Assembly (NCBI RefSeq): GCF_000497125.1
Contig: NC_090596.1
Coordinates: 682,001 to 746,000 of the forward strand
Direction: 5' to 3'
DNA length: 64,000 nucleotides
From: Spironucleus salmonicida
Lineage: Eukaryota
In this document: positions 12,184 to 24,705 of the stretch, piece after piece
How the letters are laid out: each line of letters starts with the position of its first letter
Numbering within the stretch: the first letter of the stretch is position 1
Position numbers and translations under genes: made by a program
The notes under the pieces: model-generated
Database searches by the model: none
What the model saw: only the letters and a program-made list of their open reading frames with translations
Told to the model about the DNA's origin: nothing

Positions 12184-13788
12184 TCAGTTCATACCGCGCA
12201 TGCACTAGTCTATGAACTGCGCCACCGCATCCATGTTTTTGCGCCGCATATCCTCTTTGCGGTTCTCCAGCTTCCGCAGGTCAAAGTCCTTCCACCACTA
12301 GCTCAGTTTGATCACGCTGACCTGCCCGCTGGCCTCCCCGACAGTCAGAATCATGAACTCTGCCGAGATCTCAACTGTGGACACCTCCATAGCGAGGTTT
12401 ATCTGGACGATGAAGGTGTCCTTGTCAGTGGCGAAGTCGAAGAAGCACACCTTTCCGGAGGTGGTGACGCAGATGAGCACCGTGGACTTGACCTCGCAGA
12501 ACCGGCAGAACATCACGGGTTCACCTAGATCGAACGAAAGCAGCGGCTTGGGGACTTTCTTGAGCCAGAGCTTGACAGTGAAGTCCTCGCTTGCGGACAC
12601 GATGAGGTCCGTGTTGAAATGGTTGAAGTCGACCGAGTACACGGCCATGTCGTGCTGGATGAAGGTCTGAATCACGCTCAGATACAGGCTCGAGGACAGC
12701 ATCCTCACCACCCCCGAGTCCGTCCCCAGCAACATCAGAAAGGACGTCTTGGGGTCCTGGCAGAACTTGCTCGAGATAACGCCCAGGATGGACGTCCGCT
12801 GGCTGGTGGGGACGTTCTTCGCGTAGATATCATTCTCGTAGCCGTTGTCGTAGATCTTCGCGGAGTGAATCTCCCTGAGCTGGCTCTGCTTGATCTCGAA
12901 CAGCTTGTAGCTACCGTCCAGCGAGGTGGAGATGAACTGGCTGCGATCGACCTTGAAGGAGATCGAGGACACGAACTCATCGTGGGCATGGACGCGCTGC
13001 AGTAGCGTGATGCACTGGTCGATCTGATACACGGCCAGTTGTCCGTTGAGGAACCCCACGATGATGATGTTGTACTAGAACGGGGACCATGCCATGCACA
13101 TAACGTCGGTGCTGGTCTCGACTCGGTAGATCGCATTGAAGATGTTGTTGACCGAGTAAATTTCGAAGTAGGATGTCTTCGTGGTGTTCTGCTGGTTGCG
13201 GTTCCCGTAGCTGACCGCGAATATATCCTTGCGCTGGGGGTGGAACCGGATGCAGGACACCTGCTGCTTGACCTGGTTGATGGTGTACAGAAGTTTGTGC
13301 GGCTGCTACCGGCTACCTTGCCACATCACGTACTCCGTGATGGTCTTTCGACCGATCTGCTGTGCCACAATGCGCTCCGTCAGAACCACCGCTTAGAACA
13401 GCGTCACCTCCTTGTCGAAGGCTGTATGCACCGTGGCCTTCGCACGAGGCTTCCTGTACAGGTCATAGATACCGCTCCGGGATATCATGCCGGTGCTGTG
13501 GGCGAACGATACCTGCGCTGTCTGGACCGTCAGGGCCTGCGTCAGCTTGAACTACGTCTGCGTGGCCTGTGACTACTTATCGTAACTGTGCTGCACGTTG
13601 GGTTCCTCGTAGTCCGCCTTGAGCTGGTAAGAGCCGTCGACAACCACGTGGAACTTGGCGTTTCGCGAGAAACTGGTGGGCAGAAACTCCTACCGCGCGT
13701 GGGAGAAGTTTACGAGGTTGTCGGGCGCCTCGTAGTTGTTGGCAGTGAGGATACGCACGATCTGCTCGTAGAGGGAGGCTTCGGACAT
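12184..13788 (-). CDS. Second copy of the DNAI1-like dynein intermediate chain
   Basis: Mirror of 2225..3829. Confidence 0.8.
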
Positions 13789-13839
13789 ATTTCGAGGGTG
13801 GCTGGGATTGATACTATATAATAAATAAACATTAACGGG

Positions 13840-14370
13840 TCAGTCCAGGTCCATCAGGCTGAACACCTGTTTGAAGTTCCTGATCTTCTCCACGCCCTTG
13901 AGGAACGTGATCTTGCCGATGAAGCTGACGTAGATGTTCTCCGCCTTCACGCCGGCCTTCAGCGCCAGGTCGATCGCGGCCTGCACGGTGCCACCGGTGG
14001 CGATGAGGTCGTCGTGGATGAGAATGATGTCGGAGGGACCGAGCAGCCCCGCCTGGATCTCGCACTTTTCGCCCTTCTTGTACTCCAGGTCGTATGTGAT
14101 CTGCAGCGTGTCGCCGGGGAGCTTGCCGGCCTTGCGCACAGGCACCACGCCGGTCTTGAGGTCCTATGCCAGTAGAGTGCCGAATAGGTAGCCGCGCGTC
14201 TCCAGGATCAGCACCTTCGTAATGGGCAGATGCTTGACCTGGGCGTAGAGCGCGGAACGCAGCTAGGCGCAGGCCTCGTAGTCTGCGAATACAGGTCCGA
14301 AGTCCTTGAACATGATCCCTGGAGTAGGGAAGTCTGGGATGTCGCGGGCGAGGAGCTTGACGCGTTCCAT
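13840..14370 (-). CDS. APRT: Second copy of adenine phosphoribosyltransferase
   Basis: Mirror of 1643..2173. Confidence 0.93.
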
Positions 14371-14930
14371 TGATAAAGGAAGGGACGTTCTCAAATCTTC
14401 TGTTGCACTACGCATAATAATCCTAGATTTGTGGTTCAAGATTCCTAAGAATCTAGATTAATACAAGCTGCCACCCGTAGCTGAAGGGCTGGCTACGCGG
14501 GTCAATGGCGTCCATGCTGTCCTGCTGGTACCGCCAACCATCATCAGCGGGCGAGGTGGTGACCGGAGACGACTGAAAGGCAAGCCAATGTGGAAAGCCT
14601 GCTTGCTCAGCATTCCTAGTATGCCGCAGCGGCTCGGGATGCCCTCGTCGTTGCCAAATGTTTATCGCGGACAATATACCTATTATATCATTAAAATAAA
14701 TAGTATCTAGTTTTATCTCTAAAACCTGAAATTTTCCGCTAGCTAATACTAAATTTTAGGTTTAAAAAATTTATGTTCATCACAATCATTTTATACCTTA
14801 TAAAATAGCGCATCCTATACCTTGATGTTAAAATCCACTACCGGGACTACCTGAAGGAGGCGCGGGGGGAAAGGCTCCCATTAAAATCTAACCCGCTGGA
14901 GAATACCACAGACTGCCTTTCCATTCCATA

Positions 14931-15446
14931 ATGACTTATTTCTATACGGACATGATCGCGAGGACAGTACCAACAACCACCCCGGAGCGGGCCTTCATGT
15001 CCAGACCACTGTCAGTGTCCAAGTTTCCGCCACGTACAGTTGGTCCGAGGTTCGCGTGCTGCACGGCTGCCACCTTTGATCCATTTGCCGTGCCCCTCGA
15101 TGGAAGGCAGCAAACCGAGTCAGGTTTCGTACAACGCAATGCAACGACAGGTGTTAATACTGGTAATGCCACACTGGATACTATGCAGCGCTAGTCCCTG
15201 TTTCGGAAGCTCTCTACGCCATACTATCAACCGCAGCAGTTAACACAGACATATAGCCAGAATACGTCCAGGATGCGAGAGGCTCCCAAGCCCACATCGG
15301 CATTTCGGTAACAGGAGATCCGCAAGAACGTTAACACAAAGTACGTATTGTAGATAATTGACACGGATAGGGCGTATCGCTCACCAGAATTGACACGGAA
15401 GGAAGGCAGGATCGGTAAGATTCGAGAAATGCGGGAGCGCGAGTGA
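14931..15446 (+). CDS. Hypothetical protein, 171 aa (possibly the 3' part of a longer gene whose 5' part is missing in this arm)
   Basis: Track ORF 14931..15194 extended through TAG to GAG TGA at 15446. Confidence 0.55.
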
Positions 15447-15455
15447 TAATGTAGT

Positions 15456-16280
15456 TCACTACTTACCTGCGACAAATGCTCCCACCGCATACTAAACGAT
15501 GTCTCCGAACAGGGCATAGAGCGTTCTCGTGGCTCGTTCCTTGATTCCTAGTTATGTCTCCTCCACACCACGTTCCAGGCCATGGATAACACTGGTAGCC
15601 ACTGCTTCAGCAGTTCTGCCCTTCTTTATGGAGTTTCCAACACCACCTATAGCATTTTTACGGAGCCCAGATTCGAACCATCCTGGAGAAGCAAGGTAGA
15701 CTTTGGCCCCATCCATGCGCGCGCACCGGGCGTAGTGTGAAATAGCTGCCTTTGAGGAAGCGTAGAAACACCTATTGGGTATAGGCAGATATGCCTGGGG
15801 TGACGAAATGAGCAGCTATGCATGGCTTTACACTGCTTGTAGAATGCCAATCGCCCCAGCAACATTGACCGCATACAAGGCGTATACCTCGGCGATGGTG
15901 GCAGTTTTAGCAGACTAGCCGACCCCTGCGCAAGAAATCACCAAATCAAACTTTTGATCTGTGTGTTAGGTCTAAAGTAGTTCGACATCTGCTTAAGAAG
16001 ATACATCACACTGCACAACCGTATGGGAGAGGCTGTCCCGGCAAAGTTCCTAGGTATTTTTAAGTTCCTGGAGATTTCTTCCCAGAAGATGAATTTTTGC
16101 CCCCTTTTTGGCTAAAGCAATAGCAAGTGCACGCCCCAACCCAGAAGATGCGCCGGAAATAAGAACCAGTGAACCAGGAACAATTTTAACAGATACACGT
16201 TTTTAAGCGAGGTAGCGGTTTATAATCGTAAGTGCACCCATCAAAATAAATAGAAAATGATAAATGGTCGTCGTGATCAT
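15456..16280 (-). CDS. Short-chain dehydrogenase/reductase with N-terminal hydrophobic segment
   Basis: VLISGASSGLGRALA Rossmann motif, CDVS, SCAGVG, catalytic YASSK. 274 aa. Confidence 0.9.
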
Positions 16281-16326
16281 TAGACAAACCTTCTCATATA
16301 TTATATAATTTCATATAATATGGAAA

Positions 16327-17523
16327 ATGGAGTTCACAATTACGTTACTAGAAGATTTTATTACCAGCATGGATACGTATAACAACCTTGGAGTTTATTC
16401 AGAGCTAAGTTTTACTAATCTCGAGGACGAAGCGAACATCTAGCTAGTGGTTACAAATTTTCCATAGGCATTCAGCATTACTGTATCTTTTGAATACATA
16501 GATGATGAGAACATAATGATTTGTGATATTGAATTTAGTGGCTCAGCATAATGCTTAAAATTCCAGGAAACTTCTAGCGCTTCATAATTCTTGGATGACT
16601 TATAGGCCATTTCGGTATACTTAAGTCCAACGGTGCCATGTGTATTCTGTGGCGAACATTTCATCGGATTCACCACACAAGTAGTATAAGATCCTTATCT
16701 CAGAACTTTGGCGGTACTTAAGATTCTAGGGTTAGACATTACTTAAGTTCGCTCACTTCTACTATTGGAAAGCATATTTCCTCATAAAAAAGGACCTATT
16801 TTTTATCTAAAACGGCCAGATAGTTTCATTATACTCGATATTGTGCGACCACCATAAATTTGCGATGGGGCACTAAAATAAGCATCATCCGGCAACTAGT
16901 GTTCACATGAATCTCAGACATTAAAGAAATCATTAAAAGTCGAAGAAGTTGGAGGGAGATATCAAGAAATTGGTGGACCAGTAGATAGGGATTTTATGGA
17001 CCTAGCAGCAGGAAACAACAAGGAACTGTACTGTAGAAAAGAAATATTCCTTTTCCACGAAAAATGTAAATGTACATATAAAACATAGATCACTCCAATA
17101 AAATAGGAAATCTAAGTCAACTTGAACGATGAGAACACGTTTATATAGGCGGTTGTTCAAAAATCTTTATAAATGCAAACTGACAATCGGGCATAAACAG
17201 CGAAAGATGCCACCGACTTTATGGAGACTAAGTCTGCAACTACTGCAACTGTATATACTGATATTTAGCGTTAACAATAGCCTTAAAAAATTGACAATTA
17301 GCCGCAGCCTTTGGATATGAATTAATACAGAGTATAGTGTTATTTAAACTCCTAGCAACCGAAATCACTTAGATTTGATATGAAACAAACTTTCCTTAGA
17401 TATAGAGAGTAATATGGCCCTCAGGCAGGAAGAAAATTTGAAGAAGAGTAGCTTAGTACCCCAGAAGGCTTATAGTTTATCAAGTATTTAAATGATTACT
17501 ATCTTAAAAGCACAAAAAAGTGA
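16327..17523 (+). CDS. Hypothetical protein, 398 aa
   Basis: Continuous frame with many TAR codons, ends AAG TGA. Contains CVFC and FHEKC, possible zinc ligands. Confidence 0.7.
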
Positions 17524-17532
17524 AACAATATA

Positions 17533-18357
17533 TCACACCTTCATACAGAAGATTCCTATTTCGTCCTGACCTCCGCTTACAAAAAATATTTACTTATCAT
17601 CTCCATTAACTTATTAAACTTTTGTTCCATCATCAAACAGCAAATGCTAATCTACATACATACCACTATTTGTAGCCAAATATAATTTGTTATGATAAAA
17701 TCCACAATTTACGTATATATTATCAACTGTGATATCACTTTTTTCGCCAAACTTTCCAAATTAGCATTAACCATCAACAAATGTGACAGCGAATGAATTA
17801 TTATAAACTAGAAATTCTTTCAAAGGTGTAGAATTTTATACTGCAAATTCAGTTAATAATTTTTACTTTTATAAACAAACACCGTCCTATTATGATACCA
17901 ATGCGACATCTTTTTGAATTGATACTCCTAAACCACCACAAGGCACTTAAATTACTTCATCGTCGTAAGTAACTTGATATAGAGTATAAGCATTATCCCT
18001 AGTTAAATGGTATTATTACTCTTCATTATAAACAATAGGCTGTATTTTTAAATTTTCTGAATAGTATGAATATAACTTTTTTGATATCTGAATAAATTTA
18101 CCAGTTCTAGGTTCTACCTAAATAACTCCTGCAAATGTGCAAATATAACAAGAATATGGTTTTTCAATTTGATGGAGACTTAATATAGGTGAATTGCAAT
18201 TTAGTAATGTTGAAGCATTCATAGAACGATCGTATATAAGTAACTCTCCAGAAGAAAAAGAAAACATAGCAAAAGAACTACAAATCGAAATTGATGTACA
18301 GGGAGCTTATATTTTTGCATATGTTATTGATATTATGGATGGGTGAATATAAGGCAT
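17533..18357 (-). CDS. Divergent WD40-like protein, 274 aa
   Basis: Frame runs from the IR2 spacer across 17597 into the left arm and ends FFVSGGQDEIGIFCMKV-TGA. Confidence 0.65.
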
Positions 18358-18500
18358 TTCAGGTAAAATGTTATATAATAAATAATATTAAGATAATATT
18401 TAAAAAATAATGTGCAATATTAGTTTATAAGTAAATATTTTTTGTAAGCGGAGGTCAGGACGAAATAGGAATCTTCTGTATGAAGGTGTGATATATTGTT

Positions 18501-19697
18501 TCACTTTTTTGTGCTTTTAAGATAGTAATCATTTAAATACTTGATAAACTATAAGCCTTCTGGGGTACTAAGCTACTCTTCTTCAAATTTTCTTCCTGCC
18601 TGAGGGCCATATTACTCTCTATATCTAAGGAAAGTTTGTTTCATATCAAATCTAAGTGATTTCGGTTGCTAGGAGTTTAAATAACACTATACTCTGTATT
18701 AATTCATATCCAAAGGCTGCGGCTAATTGTCAATTTTTTAAGGCTATTGTTAACGCTAAATATCAGTATATACAGTTGCAGTAGTTGCAGACTTAGTCTC
18801 CATAAAGTCGGTGGCATCTTTCGCTGTTTATGCCCGATTGTCAGTTTGCATTTATAAAGATTTTTGAACAACCGCCTATATAAACGTGTTCTCATCGTTC
18901 AAGTTGACTTAGATTTCCTATTTTATTGGAGTGATCTATGTTTTATATGTACATTTACATTTTTCGTGGAAAAGGAATATTTCTTTTCTACAGTACAGTT
19001 CCTTGTTGTTTCCTGCTGCTAGGTCCATAAAATCCCTATCTACTGGTCCACCAATTTCTTGATATCTCCCTCCAACTTCTTCGACTTTTAATGATTTCTT
19101 TAATGTCTGAGATTCATGTGAACACTAGTTGCCGGATGATGCTTATTTTAGTGCCCCATCGCAAATTTATGGTGGTCGCACAATATCGAGTATAATGAAA
19201 CTATCTGGCCGTTTTAGATAAAAAATAGGTCCTTTTTTATGAGGAAATATGCTTTCCAATAGTAGAAGTGAGCGAACTTAAGTAATGTCTAACCCTAGAA
19301 TCTTAAGTACCGCCAAAGTTCTGAGATAAGGATCTTATACTACTTGTGTGGTGAATCCGATGAAATGTTCGCCACAGAATACACATGGCACCGTTGGACT
19401 TAAGTATACCGAAATGGCCTATAAGTCATCCAAGAATTATGAAGCGCTAGAAGTTTCCTGGAATTTTAAGCATTATGCTGAGCCACTAAATTCAATATCA
19501 CAAATCATTATGTTCTCATCATCTATGTATTCAAAAGATACAGTAATGCTGAATGCCTATGGAAAATTTGTAACCACTAGCTAGATGTTCGCTTCGTCCT
19601 CGAGATTAGTAAAACTTAGCTCTGAATAAACTCCAAGGTTGTTATACGTATCCATGCTGGTAATAAAATCTTCTAGTAACGTAATTGTGAACTCCAT
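18501..19697 (-). CDS. Second copy of the 398-aa hypothetical protein
   Basis: Mirror of 16327..17523. Confidence 0.7.
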
Positions 19698-19743
19698 TTT
19701 CCATATTATATGAAATTATATAATATATGAGAAGGTTTGTCTA

Positions 19744-20568
19744 ATGATCACGACGACCATTTATCATTTTCTATTTATTTTGATGGGTGCACTTACGATT
19801 ATAAACCGCTACCTCGCTTAAAAACGTGTATCTGTTAAAATTGTTCCTGGTTCGCTGGTTCTTATTTCCGGCGCATCTTCTGGGTTGGGGCGTGCACTTG
19901 CTATTGCTTTAGCCAAAAAGGGGGCAAAAATTCATCTTCTGGGAAGAAATCTCCAGGAACTTAAAAATACCTAGGAACTTTGCCGGGACAGCCTCTCCCA
20001 TACGGTTGTGCAGTGTGATGTATCTTCTTAAGCAGATGTCGAACTACTTTAGACCTAACACACAGATCAAAAGTTTGATTTGGTGATTTCTTGCGCAGGG
20101 GTCGGCTAGTCTGCTAAAACTGCCACCATCGCCGAGGTATACGCCTTGTATGCGGTCAATGTTGCTGGGGCGATTGGCATTCTACAAGCAGTGTAAAGCC
20201 ATGCATAGCTGCTCATTTCGTCACCCCAGGCATATCTGCCTATACCCAATAGGTGTTTCTACGCTTCCTCAAAGGCAGCTATTTCACACTACGCCCGGTG
20301 CGCGCGCATGGATGGGGCCAAAGTCTACCTTGCTTCTCCAGGATGGTTCGAATCTGGGCTCCGTAAAAATGCTATAGGTGGTGTTGGAAACTCCATAAAG
20401 AAGGGCAGAACTGCTGAAGCAGTGGCTACCAGTGTTATCCATGGCCTGGAACGTGGTGTGGAGGAGACATAACTAGGAATCAAGGAACGAGCCACGAGAA
20501 CGCTCTATGCCCTGTTCGGAGACATCGTTTAGTATGCGGTGGGAGCATTTGTCGCAGGTAAGTAGTGA
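19744..20568 (+). CDS. Second copy of the short-chain dehydrogenase/reductase
   Basis: Mirror of 15456..16280 with one synonymous Ser difference (TCG vs TCA). Confidence 0.9.
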
Positions 20569-20577
20569 ACTACATTA

Positions 20578-21599
20578 TCACTCGCGCTCCCGCATTTCTC
20601 GAATCTTACCGATCCTGCCTTCCTTCCGTGTCAATTCTGGTGAGCGATACGCCCTATCCGTGTCAATTATCTACAATACGTACTTTGTGTTAACGTTCTT
20701 GCGGATCTCCTGTTACCGAAATGCCGATGTGGGCTTGGGAGCCTCTCGCATCCTGGACGTATTCTGGCTATATGTCTGTGTTAACTGCTGCGGTTGATAG
20801 TATGGCGTAGAGAGCTTCCGAAACAGGGACTAGCGCTGCATAGTATCCAGTGTGGCATTACCAGTATTAACACCTGTCGTTGCATTGCGTTGTACGAAAC
20901 CTGACTCGGTTTGCTGCCTTCCATCGAGGGGCACGGCAAATGGATCAAAGGTGGCAGCCGTGCAGCACGCGAACCTCGGACCAACTGTACGTGGCGGAAA
21001 CTTGGACACTGACAGTGGTCTGGACATGAAGGCCCGCTCCGGGGTGGTTGTTGGTACTGTCCTCGCGATCATGTCCGTATAGAAATAAGTCATTATGGAA
21101 TGGAAAGGCAGTCTGTGGTATTCTCCAGCGGGTTAGATTTTAATGGGAGCCTTTCCCCCCGCGCCTCCTTCAGGTAGTCCCGGTAGTGGATCTTACCATC
21201 TAATTATTGCCTGTACTATTAGAACCTAGGTGCCATCTTCACTCCAATACCACTCGCACGAGTCCTTTTAAATGCAGGTCCAATTTCATAAAAATCATGC
21301 GAACAGGTCTGAGATTCAACTGCCTAATCAACGTATGTCTTTCTAGATTAGGGACGAACCAGACGAAAGGTAAAATTAGATTATGATAGTTATGATTATA
21401 CCTTTCTTAATGTATATGCACCGACGCCTGGCTTCTCTCTTTATTCGTTTTAGATTATATCTGAATGCGAATCATTTTTAAAATGTCGGGACATATATCC
21501 ATTTTTAATTTCAATTGAAGATTTTGCATGATTAGTTTAATATCTTGTTGGAGATATGGTAATTTATACTGGAAAAGGGTTTCTTTCAGAAGGATTCAT
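20578..21599 (-). CDS. SHIPPO/STPG-motif-like protein: two overlapping frames (21599..21090 and 21093..20578) that may be one gene
   Basis: First frame contains KPGVGAY and crosses the IR2 boundary at 21191. One more G in the G6 run near 21155-21160 would fuse both frames. Confidence 0.5.
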
Positions 21600-21650
21600 T
21601 TTTGAATTGATATATAATTTTATTATATTATAATATCTTAGCTATATAAA

Positions 21651-23057
21651 ATGAAATAAAATATTTATATTCTAGTTAATTATATAAGCTGGATTTTAAC
21701 AGTAATAAGCTTGTTTCTTGTAGCAATATTATATTGTTCAGAATCTTTTAATATATTTGCAGCAATTTCGCTTAAGCTAGGTATACCTATTTTAAGATAT
21801 TTACGAATATTAACAATAACTATAATCATAATTCCTTTTATTTTACTGAGCAATTCATAAAATTATCATGAAAATTGGATCAAGTTTCTCTTAATTATTT
21901 ACAATAGCATTTGTATTACTTTGCAAATTCTGGTTATTATTTTAAGATGGCATTAAAGCTATGAAACTATATTATTTTATGCTGTGTGTGTTTTTATTTT
22001 TATAATGCACATTTTATTACCGATTTTTTCATTTTTAAGCTTAAGAGGGTAATATAAAATAAGAAAAATTATTATAGCAATAGGACTAATAATTTTACAA
22101 GTAACACTAATTTTATCAATTTCGCTACTACCTTATTCTCAATTTTTGATTAAAAACTTATTGTTTGGGACATCATAGCAACCATTAATCATCATTGACG
22201 GAGGCTCTAGGAAATTTGCAGCCCCAAATACCCGACTCTCAATTATGACAGCTTGGGCAACACGGTAGAACCCAATTATACTGCTGACAGTCCGCCTCAC
22301 AAAGGACGAAATTTTGGTAGGAGACATTGATCGAGCCATAAAATTTCCAGACTTAACGTATCTTGAGCTCGAAAAACTGTAAATAGGCAAAATTTACTCG
22401 CAAGTCGACCCATACGGCTCGTTTTCCCGCATCTCCGCTGCAAACGACGCCGAATCTGAGCTACTCGCCTAGCAGGTCCACGATGCAGCATAATTGAGCA
22501 AGATTACCACGCTACATAACCTTATTAGCACATGCCTCCATTTTGGAATCAGATTCGTAATTGATGTGAATGAAGAAAACCGCGAAGCAGCATTGACACA
22601 CCACCTTCTGCACCTGCTGGCGAGCATGGGTCTGATGGAACCTGATAAAACTCCGCTGTACTCCGTCCGCGTGCACCAAGAGGCTGTTTTTTGTACGCTA
22701 CAAAACGCACACATCCGACTGTCCATTCCTGCCGTACTAGCACGTCTGAATATCACAGAAACTTGTGGTAAAAGTAACGAAAATATACCAATTTTCGCAC
22801 CGCTGCCGCAATTAATTTCCTTAAGAACCGCAGGCGTAGACGCCGATTTTGATGGAGCGAACTCCGAAATCTCGAACTGCGTCGCTTCAAGACTCGGAGT
22901 TGGGCGAGTTTTTTCCACCCAAGCAGAACCTAGCACTTGCACGGTGCTGTTCTGGCTCCAGACTGGTGCCATCGCAGGGCTGCTAGGGCTGTTTTGGGCG
23001 ATTTTGCGAGCTGTGCGGGCGCTGTGGGGCGAAAGAGTGGCAAAAGAGAAGCTATGA
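21651..23057 (+). CDS. Multi-pass membrane protein with a degenerate glycerophosphodiester phosphodiesterase domain (GDE2/GDPD5-like layout)
   Basis: 468 aa. Several N-terminal hydrophobic segments, then IIDGGSRKFAAPNTRLS and LTVRLTKDEILVGD, then a C-terminal hydrophobic segment. Confidence 0.6.
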
Positions 23058-23420
23058 TCACTCGTGCCAGTCGCTTTCCAGCGACTTGGTGCCAAACTGG
23101 CTGCTGGTACCATGCGTCTTCGCGAGCTTTGTCTGCAGCGTCATCGAGCGGTTCATCCTGTCGTGAGTCCGCGTCAGAGGCGCTGGGCGGCCGGAGATCT
23201 TCAGGAGCTGCATTCTAGCAGTGAGAGTCGGCTGCGACTACGCGAGGTCCATGCGGGGCTTCTCATGAGGCGGGAGCTCCGGAATTTGCATCTGCTTTTC
23301 GACTTCGGACTTTTACTGCATTTTCAGCATGAATTGTGATTTTGGGGACAGCGCCCTCGTGAACGGGCGGTAGAACCGCTTAAAGTAATTCTAGTACTGA
23401 CCATCAGCCAATTTGTACAT
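23058..23420 (-). CDS. Hypothetical protein, 120 aa
   Basis: ATG to GAG TGA, GC-rich codons. Its stop directly abuts the stop of the convergent gene (TGA|TCA). Confidence 0.65.
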
Positions 23421-23531
23421 TGCAGAATGGTGAGAAATTGTTATATTAATATTATTATATAATAATTATAATTTAGTGGAAATTGGTTTGTTAATAATAA
23501 TTATTATATAAATGTATTTATCACAGTTATT

Positions 23532-24188
23532 ATGAAAATCATTGACTAGTAGTTTTTGCTAACTCACACTCAAACTTCTAACCTCCAAGTATTGACTGAA
23601 CTGGACATTGTAGTCGATACGTCTGAATAAACATTTTCGTCTATTTCGTAATTCTGTCCAAACCTACTATTGCTCAACCTATCTAACTCGAACCTCGAAA
23701 TTTCAGCAATTGGGTTCTTCCCAGCGCTTACTACGCTGCTCGTAAATTCTTGCGGCCTGAAGACGCTAGAAGGTCTGTTTCAGCTTCCTGCGCTAGAGTA
23801 GCTTTCAGCCCAAAATAACTATATTTCTGACCTGTCGCCACTTCTCGACTGCTGCAGTCTCGTATACCTGGATCTAAAGCAAAATAGTATATTCCCTGAC
23901 TAACTCTCTTTCCTTTCGCATCTCCCGCTCCAAATTGTGAATTTTGATGAAAATCCTGCGGCATCTGCGGTGCTCCCGAACGTGCAAATGGGGCGCAGCG
24001 ACTACGAACTCGCCAAACGCGCGCTGAAGAACAGTGGCGTTGAGTGCGTTAATGCAAGTTCAAACGACAGAGTAAAAAGCTGCCGCGCAAACACCAAGGT
24101 AGTGGGCAGCAAGACCCGCAGGCTAGTGGGCACCCAATTTAGCTTTTATGAGAATTGGGACGGGATGAAAGCTGAGGGCTTTGAGTGA
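23532..24188 (+). CDS. LRRC56: Leucine-rich repeat protein, LRRC56/ODA8-like
   Basis: LDIVVDTS, CPNLLLLNLSNS, CGLKTLEGL, LSAQNNYISDLSPL, LDLKQN. 218 aa. Confidence 0.7.
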
Positions 24189-24705
24189 CTTTATGACGTG
24201 TCTGTAGCTGGCTGTAAAGGGATTTTGCAGGTCAAAGTGTTTTAAGGGTAGTAGCAGAGCAGAAGGAAGCGAAAATAGAATATATTACCAGCGAATCCAA
24301 AAATTGAAAATTTCGGTTCGCAGCGATTTAGAATCGCGATTGGAAGACAAATTGCAGCAGGATTTTGCAATACAGGGGTTACATTTTTTTAATATGAAGA
24401 AATATGATATATTTATAGAGAGTATATCTCCGGTAATTTAACGCACGGGCCCCCCAATTATGGTGTCTGTGCGAGCCAAAATAGATATTCCTGATAAATT
24501 TGATTTAAAATTATTCAAATCGATGTATTTTAGTTTATATCAGCATGCTTCAGTAAAAGATAATTTGGTTCACGACTCTTTAATTTACTGAAGATCTCTA
24601 AATTCGCCAAGTTTTTCTATAATTGTACAGTTTGTACACTTCTCATATTTCTTATTTATTTTATATAATATTGAATATATTTATCTTCCCACTCCACAAA
24701 CGACG

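Larger units (their letters stand above)
8727..14689 (-). repeat. Inverted repeat 1, right arm
   Basis: Reverse complement of 1324..7286. Confidence 0.97.
14833..17597 (+). repeat. Inverted repeat 2, left arm (2765 bp)
   Basis: Reverse complement of 18427..21191 (sum 36024). One mismatch seen, at 16170/19854. Confidence 0.97.
18427..21191 (-). repeat. Inverted repeat 2, right arm
   Basis: Reverse complement of 14833..17597. Begins with an orphan 3' fragment (18427..18491) of the WD40-like gene. Confidence 0.97.

Noticed and set aside
1324-14689. Inverted repeats as terminal repeats of a transposon, Polinton or virus
   Set aside because: Arms hold ordinary housekeeping genes and differ between pairs. 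No transposase, integrase, polB, capsid or target-site duplication was seen.
14773-14832. Diverged paralogous 5' end (LDVKIHY vs LDGKIHY)
   Set aside because: Similarity extends only about 10 nt past the boundary, so it is junction microhomology rather than a homologous gene.
24441-24472. GC-rich hairpin CGCACGGGC...GTCTGTGCG as an ncRNA
   Set aside because: A single hairpin with several G-U pairs and no convincing box or family motifs; not enough to call.
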